A stretch of DNA of 52,442 nt, taken from a virus (lineage: Duplodnaviria > Caudoviricetes). Under the pieces are notes generated by a model. It worked only from the letters and a program-made list of their open reading frames with translations, did not search any database and had not been told where the DNA came from. Location: IMG/VR virus record IMGVR_UViG_3300045911_000060, positions 1 through 52,442 of that record; one strand, given 5' to 3'. This document shows, piece by piece, positions 26,080 to 35,900 of this stretch; within the stretch, counting starts at the first letter, position 1; the number at the start of each line of letters is the position of its first letter. Position numbers and translations under genes: made by a program.

Positions 26080-26106
26080 AAAGCCCCGGTCATGCCGGGG
26101 CTTTTT
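26080..26106. terminator. bidirectional intrinsic terminator
   Basis: AAAGCCCCGG-TCATG-CCGGGGCTTTTT between convergent genes. Confidence 0.85.
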
Positions 26107-26344
26107 GTTTTTCGTAGTGGGCTTTCATTGCGAAGATCAACCCGGTCGGACCAGTCATCGGTTGCACGCCACAAATGTTCGCTGCAACCAATTTCGGCAT
26201 CGCCCGGCGGATCAACGAAATGAGAACCGCATCCGGGTGTGGTTTGGGACGCGCCCAAGCGGGCAAAGTCAAACCCAATGTCCGGCATGCCGCCGCAACA
26301 AAAGGTGTCAGAAGGGTGATGAAAAAAGCCTGTCTTGTCATCAC
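26090..26344 (-). CDS. mini-protein: hydrophobic leader plus gp23 major-capsid Gol-region fragment
   Basis: [36 protein letters not shown] matches the conserved T4-type MCP motif; GTGA overlap with clpP. Confidence 0.8.
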   Translation of the reverse strand: MMTRQAFFITLLTPFVAAACRTLGLTLPAWARPKPHPDAVLISLIRRAMPKLVAANICGVQPMTGPTGLIFAMKAHYEKQKAPA

Positions 26345-26934
26345 GGCTGTTTCTTAATCACCTTATCGACAAGGCCGTACTTGACCGCCGCGTCCGCTTC
26401 CAAGATGTAGTCGCGGTCCACGTCCGCGCTGATCTTTTCGAGCGGCTGGCCGGTCTTGGTTGCCAAGATGCCGTTGAGGATTTCGCGCATGCGCAAGATT
26501 TCCTTGGCGTGGATGTCGATGTCGCTGGCCTGTCCGCTGAGTCCGCGCATCAACGGCTGGTGGATCAGGATGCGTGCGTGCGGCAAAGCGAAGCGCTTAC
26601 CCTTGGCACCGTTCGCCAGTAACACAGCGCCCATTGAAGCGGCCTGACCGACGCAATAGGTCACGATGTCGGGCTTGACCAGATTCATCGTATCGAGAAT
26701 GGCAAGGCCCGCCGTGATCGATCCGCCCGGCGAATTGATGTACATGCTGATGTCCTTGTCCGGGTCTTCCGCCGCAAGGAAGAGAAGCTGTGCGACGACC
26801 AGATTGGCAACGTCGTCATCAATCGCAGTGCCAAGGAAGATGATGTGTTCTTTGAGAAGACGGGAGTAGATGTCGTAGGAACGTTCGCCGCGCGGGGACT
26901 GTTCCACGACCATCGGGATGAGTGTGTTGTGCAT
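26341..26934 (-). CDS. clpP: ATP-dependent Clp protease proteolytic subunit
   Basis: DIYSRLL, YINSPGG, AASMG (Ser), IHQP (His), DRD (Asp). Confidence 0.97.
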   Translation of the reverse strand: MHNTLIPMVVEQSPRGERSYDIYSRLLKEHIIFLGTAIDDDVANLVVAQLLFLAAEDPDKDISMYINSPGGSITAGLAILDTMNLVKPDIVTYCVGQAASMGAVLLANGAKGKRFALPHARILIHQPLMRGLSGQASDIDIHAKEILRMREILNGILATKTGQPLEKISADVDRDYILEADAAVKYGLVDKVIKKQP

Positions 26935-27018
26935 GTACTGGTATTGTAGACCGCACGGATTGGTACCAAAAACTCTCTAAGGTTGAAGGGCTGGTCGGGA
27001 TCTGTTATTATGCGGGGT

Positions 27019-27441
27019 ATGATTCCTTTATGGGTATGGCATTCGGGTTTCGTAATCGTCAGTTTGATTGCGTTGACGTTGGCATTGGCATACGCCGGGG
27101 AAGTGCTGGCCCGCCGCCGGATCGAACGTCAATGGATGCAATGTATGGCTGAATTGCACCGGAAGTCTGTGATTCCGGTTGTGGCAGCTTTCCTCATCGC
27201 CGGGTATGCGTGGGCGCAAACACAGATCGGCACCGATCAACGGTCGCCGAAGATTCCACAGGTGGTGGAATGGGGTGTGTGCAAAGATCCGGTTCCGAAT
27301 CCAACGCCGAACATCAGTTGCGCCGGGCTGGAAATGATGCGGTTCCGCTACGCTGACGGTTCGACGAAGGTGTACACGCTGGTTCCGGCGACACCGAACA
27401 TCGCCACGGAAACGAAGTTCGTTCGAGTGCCGCTAAACTAG
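27019..27441 (+). CDS. membrane protein
   Basis: Two hydrophobic segments; ATG 7 nt after TATTAT. Confidence 0.55.
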   Translation: MIPLWVWHSGFVIVSLIALTLALAYAGEVLARRRIERQWMQCMAELHRKSVIPVVAAFLIAGYAWAQTQIGTDQRSPKIPQVVEWGVCKDPVPNPTPNISCAGLEMMRFRYADGSTKVYTLVPATPNIATETKFVRVPLN

Positions 27442-27445
27442 TGTC

Positions 27446-27610
27446 ATGATGAATCGTCGATCCTTCTTCGCTGTGATTGCCGGGGTATTCTCTTCGGTTG
27501 GCTGTGAAAGCTATACGAAGAGGTTTCTGGCCGCGCACCCGGAAGTCAAACCGTTTCCGCCGGGCATTTTGATAACCGGTCTATCGGTCTGGTTCGTGCC
27601 TGACTGGTAA
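27446..27610 (+). CDS. 54-aa peptide with twin-arginine-like leader (MMNRRSFFAVIAGVFSSVGC...)
   Basis: Not in the ORF track; TAAACT 6 nt upstream. Confidence 0.55.
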   Translation: MMNRRSFFAVIAGVFSSVGCESYTKRFLAAHPEVKPFPPGILITGLSVWFVPDW

Positions 27611-27734
27611 GCAATGGCGTTATGAGCACCGCGCCGGGGTGTGCGTAAACCGGCGGTCAGTGATGGGGCCACCAGTCTGGCGACACGAAGCGCCGGAAAG
27701 CGGAGAAACAACGCCGCAAGCTGATACCAATTCG

Positions 27735-27773
27735 AAACGGGCCGGAACGCCTCATGAACGTTCCGGCCCGTTT
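27735..27773. terminator. bidirectional terminator
   Basis: AAACGGGCCGGAACG/CGTTCCGGCCCGTTT inverted repeat. Confidence 0.75.
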
Positions 27774-27788
27774 TGGTTTTGATGGTGA

Positions 27789-27943
27789 CTACTGCCCGGC
27801 GCACATGGCACGGGCGGCTTGCATGAAAGCGAACTGGTCGTAGTTGTCGTTCCGCTCTTCGTCGCGGGCATTCTGGACGCCCTTGCCGTTGCAGCGGTAG
27901 CAGATCCCGCCGGGGCCAGTCGGGAAGGGAGTTTCATCGTCAT
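27789..27943 (-). pseudogene. remnant of a small zinc-finger gene (PTGPGGICYRCNGKG...RNDNYD)
   Basis: RBS and ATG out of frame with the motif-bearing segment. Confidence 0.35.
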
Positions 27944-28004
27944 TCTCTCCACCTTCATGATGACTCGTTTGACCGAGAATGACAATGGTACTTTGGTACT
28001 GATC

Positions 28005-28490
28005 TTAGGAAATCGTGCGCAATTGTTCCCGAAGTTCCATCAAGAGCACGCCAAGCATGTTCTTGCCGCTTCCGTCCCGACCGCAACCCCAATAGTAGTC
28101 GAACGGGCTGTCTTCGATGATGATTTCGTCGCCGGTGCTGAGCAGAAGGTCGCGAAGGTCGGGTTCGCTGAACTTGGCACGGAGCGCCCGGCGCATGAAG
28201 TCGTCTTTGACTTCATCCCAATCCGGGCGCATCGGGAAGTCACGCCGCCGTCCTTCATCAGCGGCTTCGCGGGGCCGGTTCAACCCGGCGATGTAGTCGT
28301 GAAGAGTGATGGTGTAGGGTTCGAGCGACGGCGGTTCTGTGCCAAGGGTGATCGTGGCATCGGGGTAGAACTTCATCGCTTGGTAGTAGTGTTCGGTGGA
28401 CTTCCACTTACGTCCATCGACCACAACGTCGCGGCGGTAGAAGTTTGAAAACTCTCCCCACTTGTCCAACACTCTCCAGAACTTTATCAT
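28005..28490 (-). CDS. NADAR family protein (YbiA-like)
   Basis: FSNFY, TEHYYQAMKF, RPDWDEVK, AKFS, EDSPFDYYWG, GKNMLGVLLMELR; ATG 6 nt after TATAAT. Confidence 0.93.
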   Translation of the reverse strand: MIKFWRVLDKWGEFSNFYRRDVVVDGRKWKSTEHYYQAMKFYPDATITLGTEPPSLEPYTITLHDYIAGLNRPREAADEGRRRDFPMRPDWDEVKDDFMRRALRAKFSEPDLRDLLLSTGDEIIIEDSPFDYYWGCGRDGSGKNMLGVLLMELREQLRTIS

Positions 28491-28561
28491 GTATCTATTA
28501 TAGTCCCGGATGCCTGACATACTAGACATCCGGGACAGTTGTGGAGGATTTGCCTTATATA

Positions 28562-28951
28562 CTAGGCAGGACGGGTGAGCGGCTTCGGCTGTTCTCGTTC
28601 ATCATCGGGCCGGTATGACCGGCGGGGCCGCATGTGGATGTCGCCGCCGCACCGTTTGCACAGTTCGTTCTTGACGGCACAATCGAAACAGATTGGATCG
28701 GTTGTGGTGGTGTCGTACAGTTCGTTTTTGCCACAAATGCCGCATGGCCGTTCCGTGGCGGTAGGACCGCCAAGGCGCGACCGAAGGATGTAGTAGCAAG
28801 TCTTGCACTGTGAATCCTTGATCCGCTGTAGACGTTCGGGGTCGTCCAGAAATTTGATTGCTTTGGCGACAGTAGCGTCACCAGTGGTGCGCGCGAAGTC
28901 GGTGGCGCGGCGAACGCTCACGGAATCGATATGCGCTGGTTTTTGCTTCAT
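28562..28951 (-). CDS. zinc-finger protein
   Basis: Four CxxC pairs. Confidence 0.7.
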   Translation of the reverse strand: MKQKPAHIDSVSVRRATDFARTTGDATVAKAIKFLDDPERLQRIKDSQCKTCYYILRSRLGGPTATERPCGICGKNELYDTTTTDPICFDCAVKNELCKRCGGDIHMRPRRSYRPDDEREQPKPLTRPA

Positions 28952-28994
28952 ACCGTCATTTAGATTCGAAGTTCGACGCTAAACTAATCAATGT

Positions 28995-29240
28995 ATGGCA
29001 ATCTATGACCCGATGGACCATGAGAACAGCATCTTGCGCTTCTCTGAAGAAGTAGAGCGAATCGCAAGATCCGGGCGTGGGATGCGCATCATTGACGCAA
29101 TTTTGGCGGTGGCCGGAAAGGAAAACATGGAACCCCAATTTGCGGCGACGTTGTTAACCCCGACCCTACGCGACAAACTTCAGGACGATGCCGAAAAGCA
29201 TCATATGGTGAAAAAGTCGGCACGCCTTCGTTTCACATGA
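28995..29240 (+). CDS. gp33: late promoter transcription co-activator
   Basis: FSEEVERI...IIDAIL...LRDKLQDDA; synteny 33-59-32. Confidence 0.75.
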   Translation: MAIYDPMDHENSILRFSEEVERIARSGRGMRIIDAILAVAGKENMEPQFAATLLTPTLRDKLQDDAEKHHMVKKSARLRFT

Positions 29241-29863
29241 GCGACATGCTCTTTGAACCGTTCGAAACCTACTACACACGGGGCTTGCTCTACAAGCACC
29301 TGACAGAGCCAAAATTCGACTTCTTCAACCAAGTGTCCAATCCCGTCATCCGGCGGCATTTCTGGAAGAAGTGGCAGGAGCATCCAAGCAAGCAAACGTT
29401 CTGGATTGCCTTGACCCGCCGGTTCAAGAAGATTGATGACATGCGCGACCATTTCCTTTCGGTGATGGTTACTCGGTCACCCAAAGAATACGCCAATCTC
29501 TACGATCTGGAGTGCTATCAGAAATGGGTCGGTCGATTGCATTCCATGCACGTTCAGTTTGAGGATGATTTGACCATCATTCGGCGACGGGCGGGGTCTT
29601 TGAAGAAATCCATCCGGGGCGATGGCGACGCACAGCCGATGCTGTACACCTTGCTTATGTCCGGCCAGATATCAATGGAGACGTTTGCATGGCTGGTTCA
29701 CTTTCAACCGAAGATCATCACGGTGATGGATGCGTATTTCGATTCATTGGATCTGGCGTGGAAGGAAAAGCGAATGATTGCTATGAAGTACGCGGCCTTC
29801 TTGACCCGGCTAAATATCAATCAGGAACGCCTGAAAACCATTCTCAAGGGGTACATTGCATAG
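29237..29863 (+). CDS. gp59: helicase loader
   Basis: HLTEPKFDFF, SGQISMETF, KYAAFL; synteny. Confidence 0.7.
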   Translation: MSDMLFEPFETYYTRGLLYKHLTEPKFDFFNQVSNPVIRRHFWKKWQEHPSKQTFWIALTRRFKKIDDMRDHFLSVMVTRSPKEYANLYDLECYQKWVGRLHSMHVQFEDDLTIIRRRAGSLKKSIRGDGDAQPMLYTLLMSGQISMETFAWLVHFQPKIITVMDAYFDSLDLAWKEKRMIAMKYAAFLTRLNINQERLKTILKGYIA

Positions 29864-30106
29864 ATGATTGTCACGAAGGTAAGCCCGGAACGCAAGGATT
29901 TGTATATCCAGACGTTGATGGATCAACTGTGCGCGTCGCACCAAGAGAATCTCTTTATGCTCGAAGAGCTTTCCAAGGCTCAAGATCAATTGAAGTCTCT
30001 GTTCAAAGAGAATTCGATGCTTCGGCATCGATTGCAGGAAGCCGGAATCGAAGTCGAATCCGGTGAGAAAAAAGATTCTGGCGATCAAAAGCCGGTGTCT
30101 AAATAG
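29864..30106 (+). CDS. coiled-coil hypothetical protein
   Basis: ORF coupled to gp59. Confidence 0.55.
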   Translation: MIVTKVSPERKDLYIQTLMDQLCASHQENLFMLEELSKAQDQLKSLFKENSMLRHRLQEAGIEVESGEKKDSGDQKPVSK

Positions 30107-30239
30107 TTTTTGCGCGGGTAGATCCCGCGTTACGATCAAAGTCAGAAGTTAAGCCAAAGTACGTCGGGCGGCGGGCGAAAGCCAAATTCAAGCACGCTTC
30201 GGCAGAAAGGATTGGACAGACTTATAGGAGAACAACACA

Positions 30240-31193
30240 GTGAAAAGTCTTGCAGAACTCAAGGCCAACATGCAGGCCAACAAGGACGCGCTTCGCCGGA
30301 AGATGGAAGAAACGAATTCCGGTGCAGGACGCGCCAAAGACACGCGCTTCTGGAATTTGGAGCGTGACAAGAGCGGTACGGGTAGCGCAATCATCCGGTT
30401 TCTTCCGGCCCGCGCTGACGAAGACACCCCGTACATTACCACCTACGATTACGGCTTCCAAGGTCCCACTGGCAAGTGGTACGTGGAAGAGAGTCTTCAG
30501 ACCATCGGAAAGACCGACCCGGTGGCTGAAGAGAACAGCAAGCTGTGGCAAACTGGCGAAGAAGCCAACATTGCCTTGGCCCGTAAGCGTGCCCGTCGCA
30601 CCCACTACATCAGCAACATTCTGGTCATCAGCGATCCGGCTCACCCGGAGAACGAAGGCAAGGTGTTCTTGTGGAAGTACGGCAAGAAGGTCATGACCAA
30701 GATCAAGGACATGATCGAACCGCCGTTCAAGGATGATCCGTCTGTGGACCCGTTCTGTTTCTTCGGCGGTGCGAATTTCCGCCTGAAGGTGAAGAACGTG
30801 GAAGGATATCCCAACTACGATTCTTCGGTGTTCGATTCTCCCGCTCCGCTGTTTGGTGGCGATGAGAAGAAGATCCAGAAGGTTTGGGATTCGGAGTACA
30901 GCTTGAAGGAATTCTTGGACCCGAACCGGTTCAAGAGCTACGAAGAGTTGAAGAAGCGCTTCGAAGAAGTCATGGGCTTGACCGGCGGCGGTGCTGGTTC
31001 GGCTCCCGCTTCGGCACCGGCAACCGCCAAGGCGTCCGCTGCGAAGGCGACGACCCGCACGGTGTTGCCGCAAGATGACGACGATCCTCCGTTCGACGTG
31101 ACTACCTCGAAGGGTAGCAAGGGTGGCGGTGCTTCTACTTCCCGGCAACAGGAAGAGGAAGATGCTTTCGCCGCACTGGTGGAGAAGGACTAA
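30240..31193 (+). CDS. gp32: single-stranded DNA-binding protein
   Basis: DTRFW, AIIRFLP, FQGPTGKWY, NILVISDPAHPENEGKVF, GANFRLK, NYDSS, FKSYEELK, acidic tail. Confidence 0.96.
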   Translation: MKSLAELKANMQANKDALRRKMEETNSGAGRAKDTRFWNLERDKSGTGSAIIRFLPARADEDTPYITTYDYGFQGPTGKWYVEESLQTIGKTDPVAEENSKLWQTGEEANIALARKRARRTHYISNILVISDPAHPENEGKVFLWKYGKKVMTKIKDMIEPPFKDDPSVDPFCFFGGANFRLKVKNVEGYPNYDSSVFDSPAPLFGGDEKKIQKVWDSEYSLKEFLDPNRFKSYEELKKRFEEVMGLTGGGAGSAPASAPATAKASAAKATTRTVLPQDDDDPPFDVTTSKGSKGGGASTSRQQEEEDAFAALVEKD

Positions 31194-31210
31194 CAGTCCG
31201 CCTGAAAATG

Positions 31211-31239
31211 AAAAGGCCCGGCATCGATGCCGGGCCTTT
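31211..31239. terminator. intrinsic terminator
   Basis: AAAAGGCCCGGC-ATCGAT-GCCGGGCCTTT. Confidence 0.8.
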
Positions 31240-31247
31240 CCTTATCT

Positions 31248-31418
31248 ATGCCAGCCTATTTTGATCCTGTCCTTTACCGATATGAAGAAGCACTCGAAGC
31301 ATACCGCGACCGAGTTGCTTTTCCAGAGCGCGAAATTCTATCAGACCTGTCCACAATTCTTAGACATTCACAATCTGATGTTGAATCGTTGATCGACCAA
31401 ACCGGACGTACAGATTAG
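31248..31418 (+). CDS. hypothetical protein
   Basis: Short ORF. Confidence 0.45.
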   Translation: MPAYFDPVLYRYEEALEAYRDRVAFPEREILSDLSTILRHSQSDVESLIDQTGRTD

Positions 31419-31741
31419 TCGTCGTCTTCGTCCGGGCCTTCATCTTCCGACTCATCGAAGGATACACCATCATGAGCGATGACGTTCTCTTGATTTGGAT
31501 GGACCTTCGGTTCGAAAATCGGACAGTTCCCGATCTGATTGACAATTTCGCACCGTTTGAATAGGAACTCACCGGTGACAAAGTTGCGACCGATCAGCGA
31601 ACTTTGGTGGCCGCATAGCGGCGTTTCCATCCGAACGATCAGGCCGTCGTGCTCTTCGCGGTGGAAGATTCCCCAACGGCATTCCCCGCAGATGGTTGCC
31701 ATCTGAAGTTTCTCTTGTTCCTGTGGTGTCAGCATTTCCAT
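31415..31741 (-). CDS. Cys-rich hypothetical protein with acidic tail
   Basis: ATG 7 nt after TAAATA. Confidence 0.6.
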   Translation of the reverse strand: MEMLTPQEQEKLQMATICGECRWGIFHREEHDGLIVRMETPLCGHQSSLIGRNFVTGEFLFKRCEIVNQIGNCPIFEPKVHPNQENVIAHDGVSFDESEDEGPDEDDD

Positions 31742-31761
31742 GTGAGGATATTTAGGGGACT

Positions 31762-32442
31762 CTAGGCTTCCCGGTATCCCGCATTCAGAAGAGCTTGCCA
31801 GATGACTTCGCCCGCCGGACCCAAATCCCACTTGTCGGGCCGGACGTTGACGTGAGTGAACACACCTTTGAATTTGTCGAAGTACGGCATGTCGAATGCC
31901 ATACGTTTCGCCGCCGATGGGATCACCTTCGGGATGCCGTATTTGTCGCACATCAGATCACACAGCGCGACCGTGTTGGCGATCTGTTGCGGCGTGTATG
32001 TGGCAAAGAACTTCTCTCCACGGTAGGCCGGTACTTCGATGTACTTGTCCGTCTCACTCACGGTGCAGTACGGTGCAGACCAGTTCTTCGGCCAGAAACA
32101 CATCTTGTCGCCAACCTTGCGGAGCGGGCCGGGGTTCACAATCTCGAAGGCCACGGTGCGCTTGTCGTGCTTGTGGCTCTGTGCCCACTGGCCGGTGATC
32201 GCCAGATTGTATGCCCAATACTCATCGTCGAACAGCTTGAAAACAGTCGCCGCCGGGTCGTTCCCGATCACGTAGGGCACGGACATCGGGTACTTGTTGA
32301 TTCGTGGAGACGCTTCAAACGTCGCAATCGCGCCGGTGGCAGTCGTCCCCGCTGTGAAGTGCAAAACAATGCCGTCTTTCGGAAACTTGGTCTGAAAGTA
32401 CATCGACGGCTGATGCAAACGGGACGTATCAATGTTCAACAT
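31762..32442 (-). CDS. N-acetylmuramoyl-L-alanine amidase (endolysin candidate)
   Basis: IVLHFTAG, FEIVN, TPQQI, HVNVRPDKWDLGP. Confidence 0.85.
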   Translation of the reverse strand: MLNIDTSRLHQPSMYFQTKFPKDGIVLHFTAGTTATGAIATFEASPRINKYPMSVPYVIGNDPAATVFKLFDDEYWAYNLAITGQWAQSHKHDKRTVAFEIVNPGPLRKVGDKMCFWPKNWSAPYCTVSETDKYIEVPAYRGEKFFATYTPQQIANTVALCDLMCDKYGIPKVIPSAAKRMAFDMPYFDKFKGVFTHVNVRPDKWDLGPAGEVIWQALLNAGYREA

Positions 32443-32476
32443 CGAACCGTATTTAGGTTCAGTCTAAAGATATGGC

Positions 32477-32953
32477 ATGATCCTTGAAGACCGTTTGAGA
32501 GACTTGGTGAAAGCCGCATGCATCGACAAGCATTACTGCTATACCTACAACAACATCACGCGCCAAGAAATTGAAGCCAGTCGTCCATCAAGATACGGAG
32601 ATATTCAGAAACACTTCGATCTGATGAAGAATAGTACACTGGCTCTTGAGATTCAGAACAAAATCAAGGTATCCGAACCGTCTGTTTACCCGGAAGGTCA
32701 CCCGTGGGCCGGTCGAATGGCTTGGAAGTATAGCGGGCCGGATGGCGACGAATACTTTGTTCGGCTTGGTCTAACCCGTGAAGAAATTGCCTCTTTCAAG
32801 GGACTCACAAATCTTTACGTGGGATCAGTTCAGATCCCGGATGATGTGATGGAAGCTATCGATGATCCATATGTGCCGGAAGATGAGATCCATCTGAGCA
32901 ATGAAGAAGTCGAAGCAATCATTGCTCAGATGGAAGATACGATGACGGCTTAG
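32477..32953 (+). CDS. hypothetical protein
   Basis: ORF. Confidence 0.6.
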   Translation: MILEDRLRDLVKAACIDKHYCYTYNNITRQEIEASRPSRYGDIQKHFDLMKNSTLALEIQNKIKVSEPSVYPEGHPWAGRMAWKYSGPDGDEYFVRLGLTREEIASFKGLTNLYVGSVQIPDDVMEAIDDPYVPEDEIHLSNEEVEAIIAQMEDTMTA

Positions 32954-35900
32954 GTCCGGTAGTATTCCCGGTCCATGATGCGCTTGTGGGTGTTCTCCGT
33001 GTTGCGCGCCTTCAGATCCGCTACGATGCTGGTGGTCTGTTGATTGACGTTCACAGGCGCGACGTTCAGGGTGCTACCCTGCGACGGTTGTGTCAGCGCA
33101 CGGGCCATCTGAGCGTTTTCGGCGGTGGTCCGCATGATGTCCCGTCCCATCGTCGGGGCTTGTGCCACGGTGACCGGCGGCGGTGCAACACCCAAGGCTT
33201 GACGCGAAGAGCCAATCGCATCGATGACATTTCGTTGTCCGGCGATTCGTCCAATCACATTGCTGTAGTTGCGGTCGGTTGCGTATGTCGGGGAGATGTC
33301 CCGGATGAATCCTTGTACGTCGCCGGTCATCTTGTACCGGTCGAATGCTGTTTTGTATGGACCCGTGTTTGCAGAGAGCAATCGGGCGTGGTCGCGGAAA
33401 GCGTCTTCGAGCGTGTCGAAATCCGCGAACTGCCGGTCCATCTTGACTTTCATTTTGCCTTGCCACGGTCCCGTGATTGGCTGTCCATCCAGTGTGCGCA
33501 CAGATGCTCGTTCCTCCGGGTTGAACTTCATCAACTGATCGTAGGTGATGTCTTCTGTTGTGCTCTTGGTCTGGCTCTTTGTGTGTCGCCGTGCCTTCGT
33601 GATGCCGAAGACGTTGTTGCCGATGCTTTTCTGTCCCCATCCACTTTCGGTCGCCCACTGTGCAATGGTGACAGCCGCCGGAATGCCGGTTTCCTTTTCC
33701 ATCTTGACGGCCATTTCTGCGATTTCTGGTGGAACCTGTCCGGGGCGATAGTTGATGCCGCCGCCGGGCGCGCCGGGTCCCGGTGTTCGCATGGAAGGAT
33801 CGCGGGGCGGTACGACGGGGCGGGTAGAGCCGCCCGGAATCTTAGACAGAACAGTATCCGCCATACGACCGATGCCAGTGCTGATAGCGGACGCTACAGG
33901 GTTCGGACGCTTCCACCCGGTCATTACATCAGGATCACGCGGCGGACGCTGTACAGGGACCGCTTGAGGCCGCTGTGAGCGATCCTCTTCTTGTGTCTCC
34001 TGTTGGGACCGGAAGAAGATTTCCGGGTTCTCCGGTTTGGTCTGAGAATTCGCCAGCGACCAACCCTTACGCACTTCGAAGTGCAAGTGCGGGCCGGTGC
34101 CGATGCCGGTGTTGCCAACCGCGCCGATCACCTGACCAGCTTTGACTTCCTGACCGATGCTGAGCGGAGCGAATGACGACAAGTGGGCGTACCGGGTCTG
34201 GTAGCCGTTCTTGTGGTTCAGGTAGACAACGTTGCCATACCCTCTGAGCGAAGATGCCAACTGTACAACACCGTCGCCCGCCGCCTTGACGGGATCACCC
34301 ATCTTACCGGCGTAGTCGGTACCTTCGTGCATCTTGGCGTCTTGGCCGGTGACCGGGTGCTTACGCATACCGAAATCAGACGTAACACCGCTCATCAACG
34401 GGCGCACCCATTCCGCACCTTGTCCTTCTGTGGTCGGAGCTTGTGAAGAAATGGGCGGCGCACCGGCGGCGGGCATGCGCACCGGGGCAGGGATATCCGC
34501 CTGACGGCTGGTATCCAGAGTAGGATCGTATTGCTGTCCTGCGACCGGTGGGGCGGTCGGAGTGGACGCCGGGGCGGTCGGTACCTGAATGGGTGTATTC
34601 GGGGATTGTGACGCCCGCTGAGCGGCTTCCCGTGCCTCTTGTTCCTTCTGTTGCCGGGCGCGTGCGGTATTGGCGCGATCTTCGTTTACCTTCTTCTCAT
34701 AGTCGGCAAACTCTTTATCGTTGTATCCCAAGTATCCGGCGATCTTGCCAAGACCCTTGACGAACCCGCCGATCTTCTCTTGGATGTAGGTGAACGGCTT
34801 GAGGATCATATCCTTCAATGCGATGACCCGATCCACCAACGCATCGAAGTTTTCGAATCCCAATAGCTTCGCCACACCAGCGCCGATGCCTGAGAACACA
34901 CCTGTGATTTTGTCCCGCAACGCTTGGTAGGCAGACTTCATGCTGTCGAAGCCAAGGTATTGCGCAACACTGTCGCCGATGCCGACGAACTTTTCACCGA
35001 TGGCGCTAGCCAAATTTTTGACGCCTTCAGTTGCCCAATTGATCGTCTTCGTGAAGAAGTCGCCGATAGCCGCGCCGATGCTCTTGATGCCTTCGATGGC
35101 ACGCTTCTTCAATCCGTCAATGTATTCGCTGACGGTTGCCGCCATCTTGGTGAAGGCTTCTTTGATGAACTTCGTTCCCTTCTCCAACTTGAACTTGGCG
35201 AAGTCCATCGCGCTTTGAAGCGAACGGAAACCGAAGATTTTGGCGATCTGTTCACCAAGCGCGGTGAACGGTTTCATGATCGAATCAACAAGGAAATTGG
35301 CAACGGTCGAATAGATTTTCGCGTACCACTTCTTGACAAATCCGCCAAGATCCGTCTTGATGCCGAACAAACCAAGCACACTATCGAGAATGCCAACTAG
35401 TCCGCCAAGCACACTTCCGACACCCGCGCCAAGGCGGTCCATCATAGTCAATTGATCTTCTGCTTTGCCAAGGATCGTTCCCGCATCCTTCCACCCGCTG
35501 AAGAAGTCGAAGATGCCCATGATGACCGTAAGCGGCCATGCCAGCTTACCAAGCACACCTTTCCCAAGTCCTAGCAGTTTGCCAAGTCCGGGGATCTTCG
35601 AGAATACTTTGGTCAGGCCGCTGAGCCATTCGCCGATGCCGCCCAACTTCGCCAGAATGCCGACGCCGCCAGCCGCCGCGCCGCCGCCCTTGAAGAGACG
35701 GAACAGCTTGCCGATGCCGGGGATCTTTTCGAAGAACTCACCGATGCGGCCAAGCAAAGAGAGAATCTTGCCGACGCCGGGGATCTTTTTGAACAGGTTG
35801 CCGATCTTACCCAGTCCATAGCGAAGCATCGCGCCTTCGACCAGTTCGCCCAAAATGGTTTGCATCAAACCACCGAACCAACCGCCGCCGCCCTTTTCCT

